IMG/VR virus record: IMGVR_UViG_3300026097_000001
From: a virus
Taxonomy: Duplodnaviria > Heunggongvirae > Uroviricota > Caudoviricetes
Reading direction: 5' to 3' (one strand)
DNA: 64,000 nucleotides
Shown here: positions 48,370 to 57,804 of the stretch, piece by piece
Position numbering within the stretch: the stretch's first letter is position 1
How the letters are laid out: each line of letters opens with the position of its first letter
Translations under genes and position numbers: made by a program
The notes under the pieces: model-generated
The model's input: only the letters and a program-made list of their open reading frames with translations
The model's database searches: none
Told to the model about the DNA's origin: nothing

Positions 48370-49113
48370 ATGGCATTACCAGCATCGAGATCAGAGTTCA
48401 AAGATTACATTCTTCGTAAAATAGGTGCGCCAGTCATTGAAATCAATGTCTCTGACGAACAAGTCGAGGATAGAATTGACGAGGCTATCTCCTTTTGGAG
48501 AGACTACCACTACGATGGTAGTCAGATGGTGTATCTCAAGCACGAGCTAACTCAAGAAGAGATAGATCAGGGTTATATTGAGATCCCTGAGAATATGCTA
48601 GGTGTTACTCGCATATTTGATCTCAGTTCATCGATATCTACAGGTACCGGTTTCTTCAACGTTCAGTATCAATTCGTTTTGAATAATATTGACGATATCA
48701 CCGGATATAACATACAGCACTACTACATGTCAATGTCTCACCTACAGTTTCTTCAGGAGATCCTTGTAGGCAAACAACTCGTTCGCTATAACCGCCACGT
48801 AAATCGTTTGTATATCGACGGCAAGAGGACTGTGATGACGCCAGGATCCTTTATCATCGTTGAAGGATATGATATCATAAGTGGTGAAACATACTCAGAT
48901 GTTTGGCAGGACCGTTTCCTTCAGAACTATGCGTCCGCTCTTATAAGAGAACAGTGGGGACTAAACCTAACTAAGTTTACGAATATGCAACTCGTAGGTG
49001 GAGTTCAGTTCAATGGAGAACAGATCCTCAGCGAAGCGAAGACGGATCGAAAAGAGATGGAAGAAAATGCCATCAACTCGCTGCAACCCTTGACCTATAA
49101 CTTCGTGGGTTAA
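48370..49113 (+). CDS. gp13: Neck protein gp13
   Basis: P.SR.E.KDY.LR..GAPV.EINV..EQ..DRIDEA; QWG.NL.KF..MQL.GGV..NG. Confidence 0.93.
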   Translation: MALPASRSEFKDYILRKIGAPVIEINVSDEQVEDRIDEAISFWRDYHYDGSQMVYLKHELTQEEIDQGYIEIPENMLGVTRIFDLSSSISTGTGFFNVQYQFVLNNIDDITGYNIQHYYMSMSHLQFLQEILVGKQLVRYNRHVNRLYIDGKRTVMTPGSFIIVEGYDIISGETYSDVWQDRFLQNYASALIREQWGLNLTKFTNMQLVGGVQFNGEQILSEAKTDRKEMEENAINSLQPLTYNFVG

Positions 49114-49114
49114 T

Positions 49115-49795
49115 ATGGCAACGAACGTATTCTTTAATAATTATAATTATTCTAACGAACAGACTCTCATCGATGACCTGGTGATTGAGTCCATTCGCAT
49201 GTATGGGATAGACACATACTACCTTACACGTAGCCTCCAGGCCGTCGATAACATTCTTAACGAGGACGATCTCTCTATCTTTGACACTGCGTATGAGATG
49301 GAAATGTACGTTAAGAGTGTTGATGGTTTCCAAGGAGAAGGCGACTTCCTGAGCAGGTTTGGTCTACAGATTCGAGATCAAGTTACATTTACCGTTGCTA
49401 TAAGAACGTTTGAAAAGAACGTAACGAACATAGATCCAAGTATACTAAGACCCAAGGAAGGCGAGCTCGTATACTTCCCAATGGTAAACAAGTTTTTTAA
49501 AGTTACTCACGTTGAACACGAGAGTGTATTCTATCAGAGTGGTGCCCTTCAAGTATTTGATCTTCAGTGTGAACTGTTTGAATACTCTAACGAAAGGTTC
49601 CAGACGGGGATCGTCGATATCGATGAGTTCTTTGACGATATCAACACTACTTCGGTTACTTCCCTCGAGACTCTCAAGACAAAAGATCCTATTGCGAACA
49701 ATATCGATTTTGAAGAAGAGGGTGATGATATAATAGACTTCACCGAGATAGATCCGTTCAGCGAAGCAATTACAAACCCAACAAATACTGGATAA
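49115..49795 (+). CDS. gp14: Neck protein gp14
   Basis: EQ.L..DL..ESI..YG, FLS.FGL...D, PKEG.LVYFP, VEHE..FYQ.G. Confidence 0.93.
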   Translation: MATNVFFNNYNYSNEQTLIDDLVIESIRMYGIDTYYLTRSLQAVDNILNEDDLSIFDTAYEMEMYVKSVDGFQGEGDFLSRFGLQIRDQVTFTVAIRTFEKNVTNIDPSILRPKEGELVYFPMVNKFFKVTHVEHESVFYQSGALQVFDLQCELFEYSNERFQTGIVDIDEFFDDINTTSVTSLETLKTKDPIANNIDFEEEGDDIIDFTEIDPFSEAITNPTNTG

Positions 49796-49800
49796 GAGAT

Positions 49801-50769
49801 ATGGTATATAAAATTCAAGGTACAGAAGTTGTAGACTCATCTGGTAATATTGTACCGGGAGACAAGACTAAATTTGTTATAAACCAAAGTTTAAACATAA
49901 CCACAGGCCCAGAAAATGGCCAAGGATCGACTAGTGGATACACTTCAGGCGGAGACGCACCGCCAGACTCAACAGCAATCGATAAGTTTCCTTTTGCTTC
50001 TGATGCGAATGCAACTAACGTGGGTGACTTAACTCAAGCAAGGGATCACCCTGCTGGTCAATCGAGTACTGAGAACGGTTATACATCAGGTGGGGCCCCA
50101 TCAAATAAGGATACTATTGACAAGTTTCCTTTTGCTTCCGATGGCAATGCCACTGATGTTGGTGACCTAACCGACCCCAGAGCAAGGGTCTCAGGCCAAT
50201 CAAGTACCGAAAGCGGTTACACCACCGGCGGTGACACCCCAACGTCAACTATAATTGACAAGTTTCCTTTTGCAGCGGATGCTAATGCCACTGATGTTGG
50301 TGATCTAACCCAGTCCAGGAATTCTGCCACCGGGCAATCGAGCACCGAAAGCGGTTATACTTCAGGCGGTTTCACACCGCCCTCTAGGAATACAATTGAT
50401 AAGTTTCCATTCGCGTCTGATGCAAATGCAACTGATGTCGGTGACTTAACTCAAGCGAGGGATGGGCCAGCCGGCCAATCAAGCACCGTATCTGGATATA
50501 CTTCAGGCGGTAACGCACCACCCCTTGTAAATACAATCGATAAATTTCCTTTTGCTTCTGACGCAAATGCAACGGATGTCGGTGACTTAACTGAAACTAA
50601 AGAAGATGTTGCAGGGCAGTCTAGTACTGCGAGTGGATACACCTCGGGTGGCTCAACTCCACCGCGATCCAATGTTATTGAAAAATTTCCTTTTGCGTCT
50701 GATGTGAATGCAACTGATGTCGGTGACTTAACCCAGGCACGCGGCGCGCCAGCCGGCCAGCAGGTATAA
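49801..50769 (+). CDS. Six-repeat putative beta-propeller protein, paralog 9
   Basis: Same six repeats and GQQV end; located between gp14 and gp15. Confidence 0.75.
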   Translation: MVYKIQGTEVVDSSGNIVPGDKTKFVINQSLNITTGPENGQGSTSGYTSGGDAPPDSTAIDKFPFASDANATNVGDLTQARDHPAGQSSTENGYTSGGAPSNKDTIDKFPFASDGNATDVGDLTDPRARVSGQSSTESGYTTGGDTPTSTIIDKFPFAADANATDVGDLTQSRNSATGQSSTESGYTSGGFTPPSRNTIDKFPFASDANATDVGDLTQARDGPAGQSSTVSGYTSGGNAPPLVNTIDKFPFASDANATDVGDLTETKEDVAGQSSTASGYTSGGSTPPRSNVIEKFPFASDVNATDVGDLTQARGAPAGQQV

Positions 50770-50770
50770 C

Positions 50771-51595
50771 ATGGCATTTGTAAATCACTTTTATAATTCG
50801 AGCACAAGAAAATACGTTGCTCTATTCGGTACTCTCTTTAATAAGATTCGAATCACTCGTAATGAGAGTAATGGTGCTGAAGCTCAGAGTATGATAGTAC
50901 CTATTGCCTACGGCCCGTTTCAAAAGTTTCTTGCTAAGATTACACAGGATCCAAACTTAAGTAATCCTTCCGCGATCACTCTACCAAGAATGTCTTTTGA
51001 AATGACTTCGATGGCATACGATGGAACGAGAAAGATTGCGTCAAAACAGAGAATGTTTAAGACGAGTCCAGAAGGAGAGGACAAGAGATTCTATACTTGG
51101 TCCGGAGCTCCATATAACGTGGACTTTTCTCTATATATTATGACCAAGTATTCCGAGGACGCAACAAAGATATTCGAACAGATCATTCCGTTCTTTAAAC
51201 CCGAATGGACATCGACAGTTAAACTTATCGACGATCTCGAACCAATCGATATTCCTCTTATACTCAACGGTATTACGAACGAAGAGTTATACGAAGGAGC
51301 ATTCACAGAAAGAAGAGCAGTTCTGTGGACTCTTAACTTTACGATGAAGTGTTGGTACTTCGGGCCTGAGAAGGATAACAAGGTAATTAAGTTCGTTGAT
51401 ACCGACGTGTTTGATACCACAAACGATACTCCTGGCGACCCTGTGGATCCTATAAGAGGCATTAATACATTCCCAGGTCTAACCGCCAATGGAACTCCAA
51501 CTACCGATCCAGACGAGTCCATTCCCTTTAGCGACGTTGAGTATGACGATGACTGGTCGCCGATTGGGGTTGTTACTGAAAATCCAGAGGATTAG
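50771..51595 (+). CDS. gp15: Tail terminator/sheath stabiliser gp15
   Basis: FYN...RK....FG.LFN, VPIAYGP.QKFL, LPRMSFEM, EQI.PFFKP. Confidence 0.93.
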   Translation: MAFVNHFYNSSTRKYVALFGTLFNKIRITRNESNGAEAQSMIVPIAYGPFQKFLAKITQDPNLSNPSAITLPRMSFEMTSMAYDGTRKIASKQRMFKTSPEGEDKRFYTWSGAPYNVDFSLYIMTKYSEDATKIFEQIIPFFKPEWTSTVKLIDDLEPIDIPLILNGITNEELYEGAFTERRAVLWTLNFTMKCWYFGPEKDNKVIKFVDTDVFDTTNDTPGDPVDPIRGINTFPGLTANGTPTTDPDESIPFSDVEYDDDWSPIGVVTENPED

Positions 51596-51600
51596 ATATA

Positions 51601-52044
51601 ATGAGTGATGATGATAAAATTGCAAAAGTATTAGGTGTAAGACCATTGGCAGAAGCAAAATCAGAAAACTTACCAGAGATAGTCGAGGAAGAGTCACATG
51701 AAGTTGTTGTGGCCTCTACCGAAGAAGACGATACGATAAACGATATCGAGCAGGCTCGTGGTAATATTAAAAATATTATAGAGCAGGGAGACGATGCCCT
51801 TAGCGAAATGATAGAACTGGCTAAACAGTCGGAGTCCCCTCGTGCATTTGAGGTTGCATCTACTCTTATGAAGACTCTTCTTGATGCAAACAAAGACTTT
51901 GTTGAGATGTCAACGAAAAAGAAGTACGCGAAGGAAGAGGCAAATGGTCCGAAGGAAGCCGCTCAGACTAACGTAACGAACAACAACCTTATATTGTCGA
52001 CTGCCGATCTATTAAAAATGATCAAGGATGGCGACAGTGGCTGA
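51601..52044 (+). CDS. gp16: Terminase small subunit gp16
   Basis: D.E.AR.N, A.QSESPRAFEV, ST.DL; position before gp17. Confidence 0.9.
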   Translation: MSDDDKIAKVLGVRPLAEAKSENLPEIVEEESHEVVVASTEEDDTINDIEQARGNIKNIIEQGDDALSEMIELAKQSESPRAFEVASTLMKTLLDANKDFVEMSTKKKYAKEEANGPKEAAQTNVTNNNLILSTADLLKMIKDGDSG

Positions 52045-53650
52045 TGGTTACCTAGGAAACTCTCATCTTAAAAAGACCGGCGAACAGATAGAATGGACTC
52101 CGGATCTTATTAAAGAATACCTCAAGTGTGCAGAGGATCCTGTATATTTTTCGAGGACCTACATTAAGATCGTTCACGTCGATAAGGGCCTCGTCCCATT
52201 TGAAATGTATGATTACCAAAAAGAGATCGTAGAAAAAATTACCGACCATAGAAGGCTCGCGGTTCTTACTGCAAGACAGTCCGGTAAGACCACGACTGCG
52301 GTTGCTGTCATTTTACATTATATACTCTTCAGTGAACATAAAACTGTTGCTATCCTTGCGAACAAAGGTGACGCTGCAAGGGAGGTTCTATCAAGAGTTA
52401 AACTTGCGTACGAGGCTCTACCTAAGTGGCTGCAGCAGGGTATTACAGAATGGAATAAGGGTAATATCGAACTCGAAAACGGATGTAAGATTCTCGCTGG
52501 CACGACATCATCGAGCGCAATTCGTGGTAAGTCTATTAACTTTCTATACCTCGACGAGGTCGCGTTCATCGAAGGCTTCGACGAATTCTTTGCATCGGTA
52601 TATCCTACGATTTCGTCCGGTGAGTCTACAAAGCTTCTCATGACCTCTACACCAAATGGATTAAACCATTTTTGGAAGACGTGTAAGGGTGCCAAGGAAG
52701 GTACGAACGGATATGAATACGTTGAGGTTATGTGGGATGACGTACCAGGCCGGGATGAAAAGTGGAAGCAAGAAACTCTCGAGGCATTGGATCACGACGA
52801 AGAAAAGTTCAACCAAGAATTCTGTTGTCAGTTCCTTGGTAGTTCCGGTACTCTCATAAGTAGTGCAAAGCTCAAACAGCTTGCCTATGATAAACCGATG
52901 TATGAAAAGGATGGGATGTGCCAGTACGAAAAGCCGCAGCAGGATAGAATATATACAATGATCGTCGACGTGTCAAGGGGAAAAGGCCTTGACTACTCGA
53001 CCTTTAACATAATTGATATAACAGAAATGCCGTACCGTCAGGTGTGTACATTCCGAGATAATTACATAGGACCAGTAGATTTTGCTTCAATTATATTTAG
53101 AGCAGGTAAAGCATATAATGAAGCTTTTGCTCTTATTGAAATCAACGATATCGGCGAACAGGTTTCTGATACTCTTGTTATGGACTTTGGTTACGAAAAC
53201 GTATTATATACTGAAAGCGCAGGTAGAAGTGGTAAAAGAATCTCAAATGGTTTCGGTAAGATATCCGATAACGGCATAAGAACGACAAAATCAGTTAAGT
53301 CTATTGGTTGCTCTATGCTAAAGATGCTTATAGAACAAGATCAACTTATCCTTGTTGATTTTAATACGATACAAGAGATCTCAAGGTTCTCGAAGAAAGG
53401 TAGCTCATACGAAGCTGAGTCCGGTCACCATGACGATCTCGTCATGAACCTCGTACTTTTTGCTTGGTTGACGGACCAAAACTTTTTTAAAGAAATAACA
53501 GACATAAATACACTGCACAGATTGAGAGAAAGATCCGAAGAGCAGATACAAGATGACTTATTGCCCTTTGGATTTATTGATTCCGGAGAAGATATGGAAC
53601 AGCAAGGAGGATGGAGGCCTATATCGGAGAGTCAAGGATGGATGATGTAA
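52028..53650 (+). CDS. gp17: Terminase large subunit gp17
   Basis: RQSGKTT Walker A, YLDEVAF Walker B, TSTPNG, DVSRGKGLDYS and HDDLVM nuclease motifs. Confidence 0.96.
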   Translation: MATVADGYLGNSHLKKTGEQIEWTPDLIKEYLKCAEDPVYFSRTYIKIVHVDKGLVPFEMYDYQKEIVEKITDHRRLAVLTARQSGKTTTAVAVILHYILFSEHKTVAILANKGDAAREVLSRVKLAYEALPKWLQQGITEWNKGNIELENGCKILAGTTSSSAIRGKSINFLYLDEVAFIEGFDEFFASVYPTISSGESTKLLMTSTPNGLNHFWKTCKGAKEGTNGYEYVEVMWDDVPGRDEKWKQETLEALDHDEEKFNQEFCCQFLGSSGTLISSAKLKQLAYDKPMYEKDGMCQYEKPQQDRIYTMIVDVSRGKGLDYSTFNIIDITEMPYRQVCTFRDNYIGPVDFASIIFRAGKAYNEAFALIEINDIGEQVSDTLVMDFGYENVLYTESAGRSGKRISNGFGKISDNGIRTTKSVKSIGCSMLKMLIEQDQLILVDFNTIQEISRFSKKGSSYEAESGHHDDLVMNLVLFAWLTDQNFFKEITDINTLHRLRERSEEQIQDDLLPFGFIDSGEDMEQQGGWRPISESQGWMM

Positions 53651-53661
53651 AATCAGGTTTT

Positions 53662-53669
53662 TATAAATA
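53662..53669 (+). promoter_or_regulatory. T4-type late promoter for gp18
   Basis: Exact TATAAATA upstream of gp18. Confidence 0.8.
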
Positions 53670-53723
53670 GACAGGAATAAAGTGAAAACAAGTGTCAAAT
53701 AATCTTACACAAAGGAGAAAAAT

Positions 53724-55553
53724 ATGACTTTTTCTGTAAGTCCATCCGTAATCGTTAGGGAAGTCGATGCATCGGCAGTAATTCCAGCCATCGGAACTCC
53801 ACCTGCTGCGATTGCTGGTGTTTTTCGTTGGGGTCCAACTAACGAGCGTATTCTAGTTTCTTCAGAAGAAGAGCTAGCAAGCCGTTTTGGTAGGCCGTAT
53901 GCAAATACGACTTGGCAGAACTATGAAACATTCTTTAGCGCTGCAGACTTTTTGTCGTATTCAAATGCGTTGTATGTAACACGAGTTGTCGGTGATACTG
54001 CAGCCGCTGCTGATGGTACATATTTTCAAGCAAAATATCCAGGCGAATTAGGAAACAGCATTGAGGTTGCAATCACGTCTTCTTCCTCATACGAAGAAAC
54101 AATCGCTGCCGTTGGCGATCTAACAGGTACCGTAACGTTTAATTCAACTACACTAGCGATTTCTGGTTTAGCTTCAGATATCGGCGATCTTCAGGAAAAC
54201 GATATCATTAGAATCGGAAACGACTCTGGCGGTTATCAGGAACTTATTGTTGATACATTCACAGATGACGCATCAAACACAGCTCCATTTGATTACACAA
54301 TAACTACAAAGAACAGATTTACTCTTGCTGAAACAGATCTTTCTGAACTGAGCATAGAAAGAAAATGGGGATACGCAAACATTGCGCAGGCTGCCCCTTC
54401 AACGGCAAACAATATTCACATTGCCGTGATTGATAAAGGTGGTGAAATTACAGGTACTGCTGGTACTGTTCTTGAACTATATGAAAATCTATCAATCAAC
54501 CCAGCGGCTAAGCTTCCTGATGGTACGAACAACTACTATGGTACTGTTTTGGAAAATTCTTCTGCTTGGATCGAACAGATCACTGGTACTACGATTAACA
54601 CGGCGATTACAATCCCTGTATACGATCGTATGGCAGACGGTGCAGACGGCGACGGTGAGGCTGGTATCGCGTTTGGAAAGATCGCGGCTGGTTACGATCT
54701 GTATAAAGATTCTAACGAAGTTGATATTTCCGCTATCATTTGCGGTAAATCTTCAAGTGCTAACCTTCCAAACTACGTGGTAGCGAATATTGCAGAAGAC
54801 AGAAAAGACTGCGTCGTTTACTTCTCTCCACCACTTGCTGCGGCGGTTACACCGGCAAATCCAGCAACTAAAACGACTGACATCATTGCGTTTAGAAACC
54901 AAGTACAATCGTCCTCGTACTGGTTCATGGATACCGGTTATAAATATCGCTACGATAAGTATAACGACGTATATCGTTGGGTACCACTTAACGGTGATAT
55001 CGCAGGTCTTTCTGCAAGAGTTGAGCCGTGGGTATCGCCAGCTGGTTTCAAAAGAGGTATCATTAAGAACGTTGTTAAACTCGCGTTTAACCCAAATAAA
55101 GCTCAGCGAGATCAACTATACGGCGCTGATGTCAACCCGGTTATCTCGCAGGTTGGACAAGGTGTATTGCTCTTCGGTGATAAAACCGGTCTAGGTACGG
55201 CAACAGGAAGCGCGTTTACTCGCATCAACGTTCGTCGTCTCTTCATCACGGTTGAGAAAGCAATCTCTACAGTGTCGGCCTCGTTCCTCTTCGACTTTAA
55301 CGACGAGTTTACACAAACCCAGTTTAAAAACTTGGTGGAACCATTCCTTCGTGATATCCAAGGAAAGCGTGGTATTATCGACTTTAGAGTTGTATCTGAC
55401 TCTACCGTAAATACTCCAGACGTTGTTGATAGAAACTTGTTCAGAGGCAATATCTTTATTAAGCCTGCGCGTTCAATCAACATCATCGAGCTAACGTTCG
55501 TTGCTACAAGAACCGGCGTTGAATTCGATGAAATCGTTGGTCAGCCACTCTAA
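53724..55553 (+). CDS. gp18: Tail sheath protein gp18
   Basis: SP.V..REVD, F.WGP, W.SPAG..RG, FGDKT, RINVRRLF, FIKPARSIN.I.L.F.A. Confidence 0.96.
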   Translation: MTFSVSPSVIVREVDASAVIPAIGTPPAAIAGVFRWGPTNERILVSSEEELASRFGRPYANTTWQNYETFFSAADFLSYSNALYVTRVVGDTAAAADGTYFQAKYPGELGNSIEVAITSSSSYEETIAAVGDLTGTVTFNSTTLAISGLASDIGDLQENDIIRIGNDSGGYQELIVDTFTDDASNTAPFDYTITTKNRFTLAETDLSELSIERKWGYANIAQAAPSTANNIHIAVIDKGGEITGTAGTVLELYENLSINPAAKLPDGTNNYYGTVLENSSAWIEQITGTTINTAITIPVYDRMADGADGDGEAGIAFGKIAAGYDLYKDSNEVDISAIICGKSSSANLPNYVVANIAEDRKDCVVYFSPPLAAAVTPANPATKTTDIIAFRNQVQSSSYWFMDTGYKYRYDKYNDVYRWVPLNGDIAGLSARVEPWVSPAGFKRGIIKNVVKLAFNPNKAQRDQLYGADVNPVISQVGQGVLLFGDKTGLGTATGSAFTRINVRRLFITVEKAISTVSASFLFDFNDEFTQTQFKNLVEPFLRDIQGKRGIIDFRVVSDSTVNTPDVVDRNLFRGNIFIKPARSINIIELTFVATRTGVEFDEIVGQPL

Positions 55554-55577
55554 TAAATAAAAGAAAAGGAGATAATC

Positions 55578-56111
55578 ATGGCGTTCAATATCAACGAATT
55601 TAAGTCACAATTAGTAGGGGGTGGTGCAAGACCCACCCTCTTCCAAGTACAAATTACAAACCCAGTAACGGGTGTAGCTGATCTAAAAGTGCCATTCATG
55701 GTTAAAACAGCTGCACTTCCTGCTTCAACTCTCGGCTCATACGTAGTTCCATACTTCGGTCGACAGGTTAAATATGCAGGAGACAGAACATTTGAAGATT
55801 GGCCGGTTACAATCATCAATGACGAAGACTTCCTAGTTCGCAACGCGATGGAAACATGGTCAAATGCAATAAATACTCATGATTCTAACGCAAGATCTTT
55901 ACCGCAGGATTATAAATCAAACGCGATTGTAACACAGTTTGGTAAAGACGGTAGTCTTCTAAGAACATACGTATTTGAAGGTATATATCCAGTCAGTGTC
56001 GACGCTATACCTCTTTCATGGGAATCCACAGATGTTATCGAAGAATTTGGAGTTACATTCCAATACGATCTATGGAGAGTTGAAGGAACTACCGGCACTT
56101 CTACTACTTAA
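55578..56111 (+). CDS. gp19: Tail tube protein gp19
   Basis: GGARP.LF.V, P.FGR..K.AGDRTFEDW..TI.ND, IEEF.VT.QY. Confidence 0.95.
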   Translation: MAFNINEFKSQLVGGGARPTLFQVQITNPVTGVADLKVPFMVKTAALPASTLGSYVVPYFGRQVKYAGDRTFEDWPVTIINDEDFLVRNAMETWSNAINTHDSNARSLPQDYKSNAIVTQFGKDGSLLRTYVFEGIYPVSVDAIPLSWESTDVIEEFGVTFQYDLWRVEGTTGTSTT

Positions 56112-56130
56112 TTTATAGGATGATTAATTA

Positions 56131-57804
56131 ATGCGAATTTTTGGCTTCGAGGTAAAAAGAGACGTTGATGGCGCTGAAGAAGAAACCGCAGTTTCTTTTG
56201 TAGCACCAAATAATGAAGAAGGCGCAATTACCATAGGAAACTCTCTTGGGGGATCCTATGGTATTTCTATTAATATGGATGGTGATGCCAAGTCCGAAGG
56301 GGAATTGGTAACTCGCTATCGTGGAATGATGTTACAGCCAGAAATTTCTCAGGCTGTAGACGAAGTGATTAACGAAGCCATAAACATTGACTCTCATGAA
56401 AACGCGGTAGAAGTTGTTCTTGACGATACAGATCTACCCGATAAAGTAAAGGACAGGATATCAGAAGAGTTCGAAGAAGTTCTTCGTCTTCTTGATTTTT
56501 CTAACTTTGGTTACGATATATTTCAAAAATTCTATGTTGATGGTCGATTGAACTATCACATCATTATTGATAACGAAAATTTGAGGGAAGGAATACAAGA
56601 AGTTCGTTATATCGATCCGCGCAAACTTCGTCTTATTAAAGAGATGGATGAAAAGCAAAAGGATCCACACTCAGGCATTCCTCTCAAGAAAGTAAAGAAG
56701 GAATACTACCTTTACTCCGACTCTGGGTTTGGATCAAAGTCTATAAACAATACGAGCACAGCGACGGGCCAAGCGGTACAAGGTTTTCGGATAGCAAAGG
56801 ACTCAGTAGCCAGGATTACGTCTGGTTATATGAATGAGAACAATTCCCTAGTCCTTTCATACCTGCATCCCGCCATTAAGCCACTCAACCAGCTTCGTAT
56901 GTTGGAAGATGCTACGGTTATCTATACGATCACGAGAGCTCCGGAAAGAAGAATATTCTATATCGATGTAGGACAGCTTCCTAAGGCAAAGGCCGAGCAG
57001 TATCTACACGATATGATGACTCGCCATAAGAACAAACTACAGTACGACTCCGACAGCGGTGATATTACAGACGGTCGCAAGTTCATGACCATGACTGAAG
57101 ATTTTTGGTTCCCACGTAGAGGCGGAGAACGTTCGACAGAAGTTGACATTCTCGCTGGTGGTAATGCTGCAGCTTTGAGTGGAGACGAGAACCTAACGTA
57201 CTTCCAAAGAAAACTGTATAAATCTCTAAAGGTTCCGATCTCAAGACTCGAACCAGAAAACATGTATTCCTTTGGCCGAGTTTCAGAAATGACTCGTGAC
57301 GAATTGAAGTTTAGTAAGTTTATTCGTAGAATGAGAAATCGTTTCTCGGGCATATTCGATACTCTTCTTGAAAAGCAACTCATACTAAAGGGCGTGGTTG
57401 ATCCAGAAGAATGGGCCGACATTAAAAACAAGATACGTTATGACTTTATGAAGGATAACTATTTTGAAGAACTGAAACAGTCCGAGATCCTAAGAGAAAA
57501 AGTAACTACTCTAAGAGATATGGAAGAACAGGTTGGTAAGTACTATTCAAGACAGTGGATTACCAAGAACGTTCTGTTTATGACCGACGACGAAATGCGC
57601 GAAATGGATAAGCAGATCAAACAAGAAAGAGCAGCCGGACTATACGATGACGGCGTGCCAATGGATATGGATATGGGTTCCGAGGACGATCAAGATCAAG
57701 AGACTCCAGATAGCAATAACGATGATGAAACTGAAATCGATGCTGAAGAATCACTGAAAGTTATAAATAAAACAAAATCATTTAAAAGAGGGAATCAAAA
57801 ATGA
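56131..57804 (+). CDS. gp20: Portal protein gp20
   Basis: YVDGRL, NQLRMLEDA.VIY.ITRAPERRIFYIDVG, EDFWFPRRGG. Confidence 0.97.
   Translation: MRIFGFEVKRDVDGAEEETAVSFVAPNNEEGAITIGNSLGGSYGISINMDGDAKSEGELVTRYRGMMLQPEISQAVDEVINEAINIDSHENAVEVVLDDTDLPDKVKDRISEEFEEVLRLLDFSNFGYDIFQKFYVDGRLNYHIIIDNENLREGIQEVRYIDPRKLRLIKEMDEKQKDPHSGIPLKKVKKEYYLYSDSGFGSKSINNTSTATGQAVQGFRIAKDSVARITSGYMNENNSLVLSYLHPAIKPLNQLRMLEDATVIYTITRAPERRIFYIDVGQLPKAKAEQYLHDMMTRHKNKLQYDSDSGDITDGRKFMTMTEDFWFPRRGGERSTEVDILAGGNAAALSGDENLTYFQRKLYKSLKVPISRLEPENMYSFGRVSEMTRDELKFSKFIRRMRNRFSGIFDTLLEKQLILKGVVDPEEWADIKNKIRYDFMKDNYFEELKQSEILREKVTTLRDMEEQVGKYYSRQWITKNVLFMTDDEMREMDKQIKQERAAGLYDDGVPMDMDMGSEDDQDQETPDSNNDDETEIDAEESLKVINKTKSFKRGNQK

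Noticed and set aside
23326-50769. Diversity-generating retroelement as the source of paralog variation
   Set aside because: No reverse transcriptase was seen and no template/variable pair differing only at adenines. It cannot be excluded elsewhere in the genome.
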